This document shows, piece by piece, positions 1 through 12,000 of a stretch of 64,000 nt of DNA. The notes under the pieces were generated by a model. That model was not told where the DNA came from. It searched no databases and worked only from the letters and a program-made list of their open reading frames with translations. Location of the stretch: assembly GCA_035221665.1 (NCBI GenBank), contig CM069161.1, positions 15,314,001 to 15,378,000 on the forward strand. The letters run 5' to 3'. The translations under genes and the position numbers were made by a program. Every line of letters begins with the position of its first letter. Position 1 is the first letter of the stretch. This stretch comes from Okamejei kenojei (lineage: Eukaryota).

Positions 1-180
1 TGTGTTATTGTAAGGTATAATTAAAAAAAATTACAGTATAAATTTAGGGTAAACAAGCAAGGAAATTGTGTCATTTCAAGGTATAATTATCAAAAAATGA
101 TCAAAAATTTCCTGTGTAAAGGTTACTTCTCTCTAGAGTAAACAAGCAAGGAACAGGTATCATGTTACAAGTAGGTGTAA
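1..180. repeat. Degenerate ~55-bp tandem units (aacaagcaagga...gtgtcatttcaaggtataa)
   Basis: Units recur at 1-180 and again at 1640-1830. Confidence 0.7.
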
Positions 181-1615
181 TCATAACTATTAATACTCTC
201 GTTGGTTTGTAACGGATTCTATTTAGCGAATATTCGTTTAAGGTGTTTGTGGATTTTTACTCTCTCACCCTTGGTACTTACTTCTTACTAACCTCAAACA
301 CCCCCTACTTTAAAACACTCGTTCCTCCACTTCTCCCTCACCGTACTACTCTCCTCCCTATTAGACCCTCTCTCTCCTCTTTCTCGCCCCTTCCACTCCT
401 CTCCCTCCTCCTCCACCCTCCCCCCTACCTCTCTCAAAAAAAACCTCTCCTCTCACACCCCTCCTCTCCTTCCTACACCTACCCCCTCCTTACCCCCCCC
501 CTCTACCCCCCTCCCCTACCTCCCCTACCCCTTCTCTCCCCCCCTAAACCTCAACTCCCTCACACACCCTCTCCTACTTCTCTCTCCAAAACCCCCTCTT
601 CTCGCCCCCCACTCTCTGAACCCCTCCCCCTCTCCCCCTCTCTCCCTCCCCCTACCCCCCACCCCCCCCCCCACTCTCTCCCCTCCCCCCTCCTCTCCCC
701 TCATTTACCCCTCTCACCCACTCTCCCCCTCTTCCCCTCCTCCCCCCACTCCCCTCTCAAACCCCTCTCTCACCCCTCCCTAACCCACCCCCCCCCCCCT
801 CCCCCCCCCCACCCCCCTCCCTACCCACCCCATCCTCCCCCCTCCCTTTCTCTCCCCCCTCCTCCCTTTCCCCCTCCACTCTCTCTGTTCATGGTGTTTA
901 GTGGTATGTGTTTTGGTGGGGGGTGGGGTTAATGAGTGGTTAGTGGGGGTTGTGGTTCCCATCCCCCGCTCCCCTCCACCTCCCCCTCTCCCGTGCCTCT
1001 CCAGCCCGTCCACCCCCCATCTCCCTCTTCTCCAATCTCCCCCCTCTCTGCCCCACTCGCCTCCCCCTTGAGATGGGTGGGTGGGGGGGGGGGGGGGGGG
1101 GTGCATCACCCCTCTCTCACCCTCTCCCATTTCTTCCCACCCATTCTCCCCCGCTCCCTCCCCCTCTCCTCCCCTCAAGCGCCCCCCACCCCCTCTCCCT
1201 CCCCCTCCCCCCNNNNNNNNNNNNNNNNNNNNNNNNNNNNNNNNNNNNNNNNNNNNNNNNNNNNNNNNNNNNNNNNNNNNNNNNNNNNNNNNNNNNNNNN
1301 NNNNNNNNNNNNNNNNNNNNNNNNNNNNNNNNNNNNNNNNNNNNNNNNNNNNNNNNNNNNNNNNNNNNNNNNNCGGAACCCCCCCCCCCTTCCCAATCTC
1401 TCTCTCCCCTCTGCCCCCCCCCCCCCCGTGCCCCCTCACCCCCACTCTCACACCTCTTCCATTCTCACCCACCCTCCCTCACCCCCCCCCCCCATCTCAC
1501 CCCCTCCCCCCAATTAGTGTGTGTGTGTGTGAAGCCGCATGCCCCCCCCCCCCCCCCCCCCCCCCCACAAACGCGCGTTGGGGAAACAGGCCCAGCGGGT
1601 CTGCACTTGCTCTAG
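181..1615 (+). mobile_element. Probable non-autonomous Helitron with C/T-rich low-complexity interior
   Basis: 3' hairpin caggccc-agc-gggtctg (1587-1603) then CTAG (1612-1615) followed by T; candidate 5' A|TC at 180/181; 5' end uncertain. Confidence 0.55.
1213..1373. other. Assembly gap (N run)
   Basis: 161 N. Confidence 1.
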
Positions 1616-1870
1616 TATAATATATTTTCAATATGACTTAAGTGTGAACAAGCAAGGAGCTGGTGTCATTTTAAAGTATGATTATCACAAATTTTCTGTG
1701 TAAATTAAGAAATGACAAGCAAGTAAAATGTGTTATTTTAAGGTACAATTAAAGGTATAAATACAGTATAAATTAAGGGTATACAGGCAAGAAAACGGTG
1801 TCATTTCAAGGTACCATAAAAAAAATTCTGCATAATGGAACCCTGCTGGGGGCAATGCCCCCTGGACCTC
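1616..1870. repeat. Continuation of the ~55-bp tandem units, ending in a gggggca-a-tgccccc hairpin; possibly a DNA-transposon subterminal region
   Basis: Same motif as 1-180; hairpin at about 1847-1862. Confidence 0.55.
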
Positions 1871-2714
1871 CATCTCTCTTCCGCTTTTTTCATTTTTCCC
1901 ATCTCATGCCTGGGGAGACCGTCTGGTAGTCCTCCCATAAACGTGACGCTGAGGCCCTGTGATGGACTGCGAATCCAATCCTCCGCGGGACTTCCGAGGA
2001 CAATTCGTTAACCCACAGACAAGGCCAATTATCCCGGTGCCATTCGACCCTTTGTGGCAGCCCATGTGGAGCAGCAGGTGTGCCGACCTCTGGCTTCCCT
2101 GAATGAACTTGGGTCACCGCCCTCTGCCCAGGACCAGATCCAGGGTGGAAGTATTGGCCATGTCCATGGAAAGCTGGTTCACGATTTGCTCTGGCCGGAC
2201 TTTGTTTCATAACCCTGAAGCGGATTGACCTCGTGTGCCACCTGACGCCTGCTGTCGGCTTGGCTGGATTAGATTCTGCCTCCTTTGCTCCACCTTCAAA
2301 ACCAATCGTACTTGCTGCAAACACACTCATTTCTTGTTTAAAGTCTAGTACAGTTGTGTTTCATTCAACTGCCATCATCTAAAAAGAACTTTGAAATTAC
2401 TTGTTGTAATCCACATTGGAATCCATTGGAAACATTTATTTCATTTTATGAAAAGTTACTGCAAAGTGTATCAAAAAGAATGCTTGCCACAGCCTCGCAG
2501 ACTGTTTCCGATGCAGAGTAGTTATTCTCAATTCAATGCCAATAACTGAAATGAACTGAAATATCTTGTTGTAAGCCACTTTATTTTGTGTACTTCATGC
2601 TCCTGAATCTATTGGAAATCTTTATTTAATTGTAAAATGGAAAAGGTATTGCAAAGTGTATCAAAAAGAATCCTACCAGATGCAGTCTCATTTGGTGTTT
2701 CCATTGCAGAGTCG

Positions 2715-3445
2715 ATTCAAGATTCAAGAGAGTTTATTGTCATATGTCCCTGAAAGGACAATGAAATTCTTGCTTTGCTTCAGCACAACAGAACATAGTA
2801 GGCATGACTACAGAACAGATCAGTGTGTCCATATACCCTTATATAAATATATACACACATGAATAAATAAACTGATAAAGTGCAAATAAACAGATAATCG
2901 GATATTAATGTTCAGAGTTTTAACCAAGCCAAGTTTAATAGCCTGATGGCTGTGTGGAAGTAGCCATTCCTGAACCTTGTCGTTGCAGTCTTCAGGCTCC
3001 TGTACCTTCTACCTGAAGGTAACGGGGAGATGGGTGTGTGGCCAGGATGGTGTGGGTCCTTGATGATGCTGCCAGCCTTTTTGAGGCCGCGACTGTGATA
3101 GATCTCCTCAATGGAAGGAAGGTCAGAGCCGATGATGGACTGGGCAGTGTTTACTACTTTTTGTAGTCTTTTCCGCTCCAGGGCGCTCAAGTTGCCGAAC
3201 TAAGCCACGTTGCAACTCTACAGCATGCTCTCTTCTGTGCACCTGTAGAAGTTAGAAAGAGTCCTCCTTGACAAATCGACTCTTCGTAATCTTCTCAGGA
3301 AGTAGAGGCGCTGATGTGGTTTCTTAATAATTGCATCAGTGTTCTCAGACCAGGAAAGATCTGCAGAGATGTGCACGCCCAGGAATTTGAAGCTCTTGAC
3401 CCTTTCAACCATCGACCCGTTGATATAAACGGGACTGTGGGTCCC
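2715..3445 (-). mobile_element. Rex1/Babar-type LINE, 5'-truncated
   Basis: VERVKSFKFLGVHIS..LSW..QRLYFLRRL and KDPHHPGH..LPSGRRYRS..TRFRN; cttgaat-type tail. Confidence 0.85.
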
Positions 3446-5690
3446 CTAATCCCACTTTCTGCAGTCTATTTACAGTAGTTCTGGGGATCACATCTACCAT
3501 TCGTTTCTCGCCTCATGTCTAACCCTGTGAGTTCAGCAGTTCTCCTTTCTCCATAATGACACATCATCCATTTCTTGAGGTTTGATAATTGATTATTAAG
3601 ACTATGAAACAAATGACACCGAATCACTTCTGGAGTGCCAAATTTGCATATTTGTACTTTAGCCCCTGCAGGCAGTTTCAATTTTGTTAATCAGCAATTA
3701 GGATCAAAATTGTACATTGAAACGTGAGTGTGAAAGAGGTGAATCTTTTGCAGCACAGAACCAACCATGCCCATTCTTATCCTTTCACAACAGAACCCTG
3801 AGCATTCTACAAGGAATCTTTCATGAACTAACAAAGAGTAAATCATCCAGCAGACCCATAATGTCAATAGGATTACAGCAAATCAAGGTCCAGTTATATT
3901 TGATAAAATTGATTCAAGGTAAGAATGTTGTGATGCCTACAATTCTCTCAAATTGTTTCATTTCAGAGAATCAATAAATCTACTGTATAAATCTCTGTGC
4001 AAAATGATTTTCTATTTACTGTCTCACTAGGAACGGGCTCTATTAATAGCACTGACCATCCTTCTATAATGGCAGATATAAGCATCAGCCTAACCAATGA
4101 AACTGCTCTTTTAAAAACAAATATTTTGAAATTGTTCTTCACTTGGTCAATGACACACATTGACCTGAACTTTGGAGGCAAATGATGACGCATTGTCACT
4201 AACATAACAAGTTTAGCGCTCGGGATAGGTTTTGAAGCAATGGTGTTTTTTCACTACTGGTGATTCATAAGTGAAGTTGCATCGGAAGCTATGTTTCTTG
4301 AAGCTACACATTGCTACAATTCCATTAGTGGCTGTGAATTGTATATTAATAAGCTTCCCACTTTTCATATTTAAAAAATTGACACTTGTTTCAATACTTC
4401 CCAGACAGCTGCTTAGTGTGGAAAGCCTATTGACCAAAGTCTTCCACAAACAGGGTCTGGCTCTAAATGTAACCAAATTCCATCATTTATCAACATTGTA
4501 AATCTTGGGAGCCCACTAATTCCATTCCAGTCTACAAATCTGTTCCAGAATTTACAAAAACTGTGGATGGAATCTGTGTCTGAAAGTTGGCTGCTGAACA
4601 TCAACAGAGAGATATTGCTCAGAAGTACTACACTCAACTTATTGACATCCAACACCACAGTGGTACAGTACATAGTAGCAACTTCAAGATGGTGCCAACC
4701 CATGGCTATTCGAGTTGTACATTATTCCCGTCTTTCATCATGAAGCAGAGACATTCAGAGAAGTACAGAGGATTAAGGAACTCAAAATATGTCTCCATTC
4801 ATCGTGACTTAAACATTGACTTGCATCGTGATGTAAAGTTACACAAGATTGTTCTCCACCGGCTTGCATAACTTTCAATGATGCAACTTCAACCTGATGA
4901 AGTCGGAAAAGCTGAATGGTGTTGCTAACTGAACAAGCAAACCCAATGTTCAATTATCTGCATGAACACACGTGGCCAAAATGCCTCCTTCTGTAATGCA
5001 AATGTCAATGATTCCAATTTGTGATAAGCCTCGTGCACAACAACCCCTTGACCTTCCATGATGCTCGTGGGATGCTTGATCAATATCCGTACAAACCATC
5101 GATGCTTGATTACTCAGCGAGCAAACGTAAAGTAACCATTTCTGTAGTCTGACTTTAAGATCACCCCCAACAGTGCATTCAACAGCTCACTGTTCAATAA
5201 ACAAACATGCAAAAGGTATCTCAGTGATACATAATCTCAAATGGACTTAAATGTCCAAGAATAAATTTCTTGCGGCCTTTCTACATCAAAAAAGGATAGT
5301 CCAGAATGAAGGAAAACTGGTAAACAGACTAATTTAAGCAGACTAATCATCAAGATATATCCAGATTCTGGAATCTGAAGCAAAAATACAAACTGCGAAG
5401 GAACAGTGGGTCAAACAACATCTGTGGAGGTAAAGGGAAGAAACGCCAACTATAAATCTACCTCCACAGATGCTGCTTGACCCATTAAGTTCCTCCAGCA
5501 GTTTTCTCTTAGTTATTATTTACTATCTTGCCTCGTGTATAGTTGGCTGCTGGCAATACACTTGTGCTGTGCATTGTTCATCCTGTGTGCAGAGTAATGT
5601 ATATTAGCAAGAGGTACCACACGAGTGTTAAATTGAACGTCAACAAGTCGTGTTATTTCTTTTGGATTATTTATGTGGTGATATCATTAC

Positions 5691-6052
5691 CTAGGAGTTA
5701 GGTTAGGGGGTCCACAACAGTTCAATGATGGTAGAAGGAGTTTTGCTGGATTTTGGATATTGTCATTTCCACCACTGTACATGCTGTCTTCTTTATTATG
5801 CGGGGGGCTTTCGCCCCTCCTGCACTTCCCTGGAGATCGACTGCCATGTCGCATTGCCGAGTAATGTTTTAGTTCCTCCCCCAGCAAACTGCCAAGTGAT
5901 CCTCGGCGGATCGGACTGTTCAATCCAGGCAGAGTGAGCTTCCTGTGAGTCTTTGTTGCTGGTGAGAGGTGAGAGTATTCATTTGGTTCATCCTCAGTTT
6001 CCAAAATGGAGGAAAGTTTCTTTGTGGAATTGCCATCGCCGTCCAGTTGATT
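5691..6052 (-). CDS. KCNH4: KCNH4 exon 13 (C-terminal), 362 nt
   Basis: [18 protein letters not shown]...[16 protein letters not shown]...[17 protein letters not shown](R); acceptor tttcag, donor gtaat. Confidence 0.88.
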
Positions 6053-9000
6053 CTGAAAATAATGCATTTGTTCCATTAGCCTGTGCATTTTATCTTCGTG
6101 AAATCTATAAAGAACCCGATTCTTACATTTTTGAAGCATTTTCCCACCAGTTCCAGTTTCCCACTAATGGGTTTGCATTAGTCTGTCATCTAAAGAAAGC
6201 TACGAACACTCATGAATTCAAAGGTTCTTCCGTGAATTTGGCATCTCCAGTATGAAGCACTGCTCATATATGCCATCTCCATCAGACTGTGTTCAATCCT
6301 GACCTCTGGGTCAGTCTGTATGGAGTCTCATATCCTACCTCTGACTGTGTGGCTTTCTTCTGAGTGCTTCAGTTTCCTTCCACAAATTCAAAAGATGAGT
6401 TGGTGAATTATTTGGCTGCAGATTATCTCTAAGATAAGTGGTTGATAGGTGAATTGGGGATTTAGTTAGCATCTGAGCGAGAATAGAGAATAGTTGTGGG
6501 CTATTAAGCGGGGTATGATATTGATGGGATTTCTCCGAGAGCTGGTACAGACACAATAGCTTAAGTGGCTGCCTCATATATTGCTCGAAAAAATTAACAT
6601 AATGTTCCGTTTTTGAATGTACGAAAAAGTCTATATCTTGATATCACGTGAACTATTCTGTTAGGGCAGGCAAGGATTAGTTATTAAAGCAACTTTGATC
6701 ATTTTCTTTCCTCCTCACTTCCATCAAGAGTGAGGAACAGTCCATTGGTTCTTGCTGTCCACTATTGCTTCAGAAAGTAGCTGTTCTTCAGATGTAGCCT
6801 CAAACAAGTTATGCAAGCAAATTATTTGAATGTCATCTCTCTGCTCTCTTCAACTACCTTCCACATATCTGCCTCCATTATCTCTTGCTGGGCAACATTC
6901 CTGTGAGATGCATTGGGAAGTTTTTGTTATTTTGAATGGTTCTGTATGAATTAATTAGTCATTGAATTAGAATGGAACCCGACCTGTTTGATTTCTGAAG
7001 TTTCCCAACTGGGGCCAGGTTCTTCTGGATAAGAATTGTTCTTCTGCTTTCCAAACACTATAATCCTGTTCCAGTGTGGGTACTTTACCTTTTGAGTTTA
7101 TAGATGCAGTGCAGAAAAAGGCCTTCAGCCCATCAAGTCCCCACCGATCAGCCATCCCCGCACACTAACACTATCCTTCACGCACACCGGACATTTTATC
7201 ATTTCACCAAGCCAATTAGCCATCTTTTGGAGTGGGAGGAAACCGGAGCTCCCGGAGAAAACCCACACAGGTCACGGGGAGAATGTACAAACTCCATTCA
7301 GACAGCACCAATAGTCGGGATTGGACCCAAGTCTCCGGCGCTGTAAGGCAGCAACTCATCCGCTGAGCCACCGTGACATCTCTTAGATGTCAGAATAAAG
7401 GTGAGAATGAATTAACTAGTGCAAATTACTAACCCCATTTAGAAACTACATAAAAAGTAGGTATTCATTGTCTGGGGATAGGATAACCTGGGTAACAACA
7501 GTACCAAAAAGCCACAGGTATTTTTCTAGGGCTTTCCTTTCAAGTTTCTCCTGTTTCCAGGAACTTTGTGTGTTTTTTCAGGAAGGTGAAACTTCTGGGG
7601 AGGTCTGGGCTTGTTTCACATCTGTTCAAAAGACATGTTAACTTTTCTAAGTTTAATAACCTCAGAGTAATAAGCTGATGCAGAAATGCAGGATACATCA
7701 CCCTTCGCTAAATGCACACTAATGCAGTCAAGTAAATTAATCAGGTCAAGAAAGAAAGGTCTCAACCCAAAAATGTCCCAATCCTTCTATCCAGTGTTGC
7801 TGCCTGTCCCGCTGAGTTACTCAAGCATTGTGTGTCTACCTTCGGTTTAAATTAGCATCTGCAGTTCCTTCCTACACAAGTAAATTAATCATATTGATAA
7901 GACGTATAAGGCTTCAACAGTCACAAATCAGGAGGTGTAAAGCTGGTGGGGTCACATATTGCAAATATTTAGTGCAGGTAGGAACTGCAGATGCTGGTTT
8001 AAACCGAAGATAGACACACAATTCTGAAGAAGGATCTCGACCCGAAGCGTCACCCATTCCTTCTCTCCAGTAATGCTGCCTGTCCTGCTGAGTTACTCCA
8101 GCATTTTGCGTCTATCTTCGTACCAAATATCCAGGTTGTTTGGGTGACTGGATAAATAGCACACAAATATGTATGTGTCTTATTTTTTTAATTTTTGGCT
8201 ATAAGTGTATAAAAATAGTTATTTTCAGAGTGGAATGATGTTTTCAGGTCAAATTGCAGCATTACAGAAATGTAATTTAATTTATGTTGCATCAACGATT
8301 TGTGTCATTTCCTTTGTAATTCTCTTTTATTGTACTAGCCAGGAAATTAGGTCAGATTGTTCTGATATGTGACAATAATAAACCTAAAACGTAACCTAAA
8401 CCTAAACCTTGCCTGGCTGGATCCAATAGCAGAACAGTCAGTCTCACAGCAATAGTTCCCAAATGAATGAAATGTCACAGAATGTCATCTACATTGACTC
8501 TCATTTCAGTTATTTGCTCGTTGATGCCACAATGTATAATGCACTACATTCAGAATAAAATAACCAACATACCTGAGAGAGTCTTGGGGATTTGGCGCAC
8601 TTTGCGATTCCCTGTGAAAACAACAGATGGAACGTTACTGGACTGGCAGCTCCTCATATCTTGCTTGGGTACCTTGCAACCCAACAGTGTAAATATTAAA
8701 GTCTCCAATTTCAAGCAACACCCCCAAACCCTCGCCCCCACCCCTGTGGCCATGCATACATTTCTCTCACTATCGCCCACCACCAGTCTTTTTCCCTCCT
8801 CCATGCACTCATCTCCCGTCCCCATGTCCCATATTTCCCTTTTACAAACCCTCATTCCCCACCCCCTTGTCTCCTCCACCGATATCCCATTCTGACTTTA
8901 CTTTTCGCTTGTTTTATCTACATATCCAACACTCCTTTCTCTCCTCTAGCCTTTGTTACTTATTTTGACCGTCTGCCAATCACTCTTACCTCTACCCCAT

Positions 9001-12000
9001 GCCAGGCTTTGCCTCGCCCCCACCTTTATGTTCCAGCTTTCTCCCCCATATTCCATTTTTGAAGATGGGTCCTGACCTCTAAATGTTATCTGTCACTTCC
9101 CTCCACAGAGTTTCTTTTTTGCTCAAGATTCCAGATGTGCAATGTCTTGTGTCTCCACAGTACTGTTCTATGAGGCCTTGGAATAAATTTGACCTCAGAA
9201 CACAGATGCAGGATTTTTTAAATTAATTGATGAAATCTAGGATTCGCGGACCAAGCCAACATTTATTGCCCACCCATAGATGACATACATGGGGAAGGTG
9301 ATGGTGGGATACTTTTTTGAACTGCAGCTGTCCTGGTTAAGGTACTTTCACAGTGTTGTTAGTGGGTGAGTACTAAGACATTAACCTCGCAACAATGAAG
9401 GACAGACACACATTTTCAAGCCACGATGATGTGTAACTTGGAGAGATATTTACATTTGGTGATGGAGGTGTCACATTTGTTCTCTTAGTAGGAGTGGTTA
9501 CCAGGTTGGGGAAGCTTCATAGAAGCCTTGAGTTGCTGCACTGCACCAAGCTGTAGCCATATTGTGCTGGTGGTGGAGGGAGTGAATGCTTAAAACATAC
9601 AAACATAAGAACAAGAAGAAAGACTAGACCATTCTGTCTCTCAGGTCTGCTCCACCATTCAATAACATTATAGCTAACCTGCCCTAGTCCAATATCCATT
9701 GATGCTTCGACCCAGAAATCCATTGATCTTTGTTTTATGGTGGTGAATTGGGTGTCAGTTTAGCAGGCGGCTTTATCCTGATCAGTTGTTGCAGTTCTAG
9801 GGTGTTAATGATCTCCATACATCCAGACCAAATGAAGTATGATCTATTATTTCTCATATTTTCCTACAACATAGTCAGAGGCCACTTGACCACTTGTCAG
9901 AGCAATCCAGTCAATTCCATCTCCCCATTTTTACCCTGTATGTTTTTCACACAATAACCTAGGACCTGTACCTGGTAGGGAGAGGAAAGGCTTTGGAGAG
10001 TCAGGAGATGAAATGTCACCTGTTCACATACCCCAGAGATGCTACCTGGCCCGCTGAGTTACTCCAGCACTTTGTGTCTATTTGTGCAAAGCAGCTTCTG
10101 CAGTTCCTTATTACTCTATGATTAACTACTTTCTTTATTAGGAAGATGGGAGAGCACCAAACTGTGCAAACTATAAGCATGGGACTGTGCAGGGAGACAG
10201 TGATCAGAACTATCACTGAACACCATCCCATGGAAACATTATTCCAAATTTTCATTAAACATTTTAATGTTCACTATTTTAAGGCTTATCAGCACTGTGG
10301 TGTGAAAAAGATCTGGAGTTTAATTTCAATTAACAACTTTGTTAAAATAGGGCATGTGTTAATTTATCACAAACATAGAGAGAACATTTAAACCTCAAAT
10401 ACTTCTTACCAGCTGTTGAGAAGGAATTTATAAATGTTTGTACAGGATTTGATGTGACTGCATTTTATAACAAGAACAGCTGCTTCTCCATCAACACAAT
10501 ATCTAACTGGGGAGGTCATCACCCCATCCTGTGGCTGATTCATGTAATCTTCTCAAGTGCAACAAGCTGTGAGCTCTTATCGACAAGACCAAAGGAATTA
10601 TGATTGTTGGTGACTATATAAAATCCCATCAGAAGAAATGATGTGTATCGAGCACCGAACAATGTTCTGCATCTAATCATCCAAAATCTTCTAACCTTCA
10701 TTGCAAAATCCTGAATACTTCAGATGAACATATTTGTAGAGTCCAATGTGATACTCAGTACTGTGCAGCAGGTTTGTGATGCCTCAACTTTCATCCTCCT
10801 GTAAACTTGTACAGGCCACCACTGTGACAGTTACAAACCAATACCAATACTATTGTCTTAGTGTCAGAGACCTTGAGTCCTTGGGTGGGGTCTAGGTGGA
10901 CTTTGAATGTTCTCCCTGTGACTGCATGGATTTCCTCCAGGTACTTCAGTTTCCTCCCACATCTCAAAGATGTGGGAAGGCAGGTTTATTGCCCCTAGCA
11001 TGTAGGTGAGTGGTAGAATCAGGGAAGTGATGAAAATGAGCGGAGCATATAGGATTGGTGTTTGGTACGGACTGTGGGTATATCCATGCTTTGTGCTTCT
11101 ATGACTCGAACATGTGGATATCATGTGCAATGCCAGGATTTATTATTCATCCTCATTTTGCCTTTGACTGAAGAGGTTGTTAAGAATGAATTACATTAAA
11201 GGGGCCGAATATACATGCAGACCAAACCAAATAAAGAGACCATATTTCCTTTCCTGAAGGGCATTAGTAAATGAAATGGGATTTAAAACAACAATCCAAT
11301 AATGTTATGGATACTGTTTAATTTCCCATTTACTTAACATCTTTTATTTACCTTTCCCAACTAGCATCATGGGGGTTGAACTCATGTATTTGGATTAATA
11401 GTTCAGAACTCTGGCTACTTGTAAAGTAACGCAACTGTTATACTTTGGTATCTTGGTAATGTTAGTATTCCAGACATTGAGACAGTACTGTAATTCAGTG
11501 GAGAGACTGGGAACTGTAGATTATGTTAAATCTGCCCTAAATGTCTCTGCTTCCAAGGGGCACAACTCCAGATTCTCTTGCCTACCTTTGTAACTGAATC
11601 CTTCATCCCTGGAATCAATTTAGTAAATGTGTTCTGCACCCTCCTGAGCAACTTTATAGCCTTGCTAAAGTACAATGACTAGAAACATCTGAATTTATCA
11701 GTTGTAGAAGTGATCATATTCTTGGAAGACAATTACATGAACGTAGAATTGTATGGACAGCTGAGAAAGCACAAGGACACTTGGGTAGTTCAATGAATTT
11801 ATTCTCAGAATTGAGAAATCCTTTAAACTATTTGTCTGCAAAATTTGTTTTGATCACAAATTAAGATGCCCAATGTATCACATTCAGTGTAATTCCTGGA
11901 AGAGAAATATTTTCAAAGGTATTATCTTACCTGTGCTTCACATCCTTCTTCAAGGTTGAAGGTCAGGTCACGGTGGATATTAGACACAAACTTGCTTGAA

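Noticed and set aside
243-1620. Long Pro/Gly-rich ORFs
   Set aside because: Artefacts of C-rich low-complexity sequence and an N gap; open in multiple frames.
4413-4703. INDGI motif as missing exon 14 (VDGIED)
   Set aside because: Flanking residues and splice context do not fit.
8467-8895. 142-aa plus-strand ORF as an antisense gene
   Set aside because: Chance read-through from intron into a Penelope remnant.
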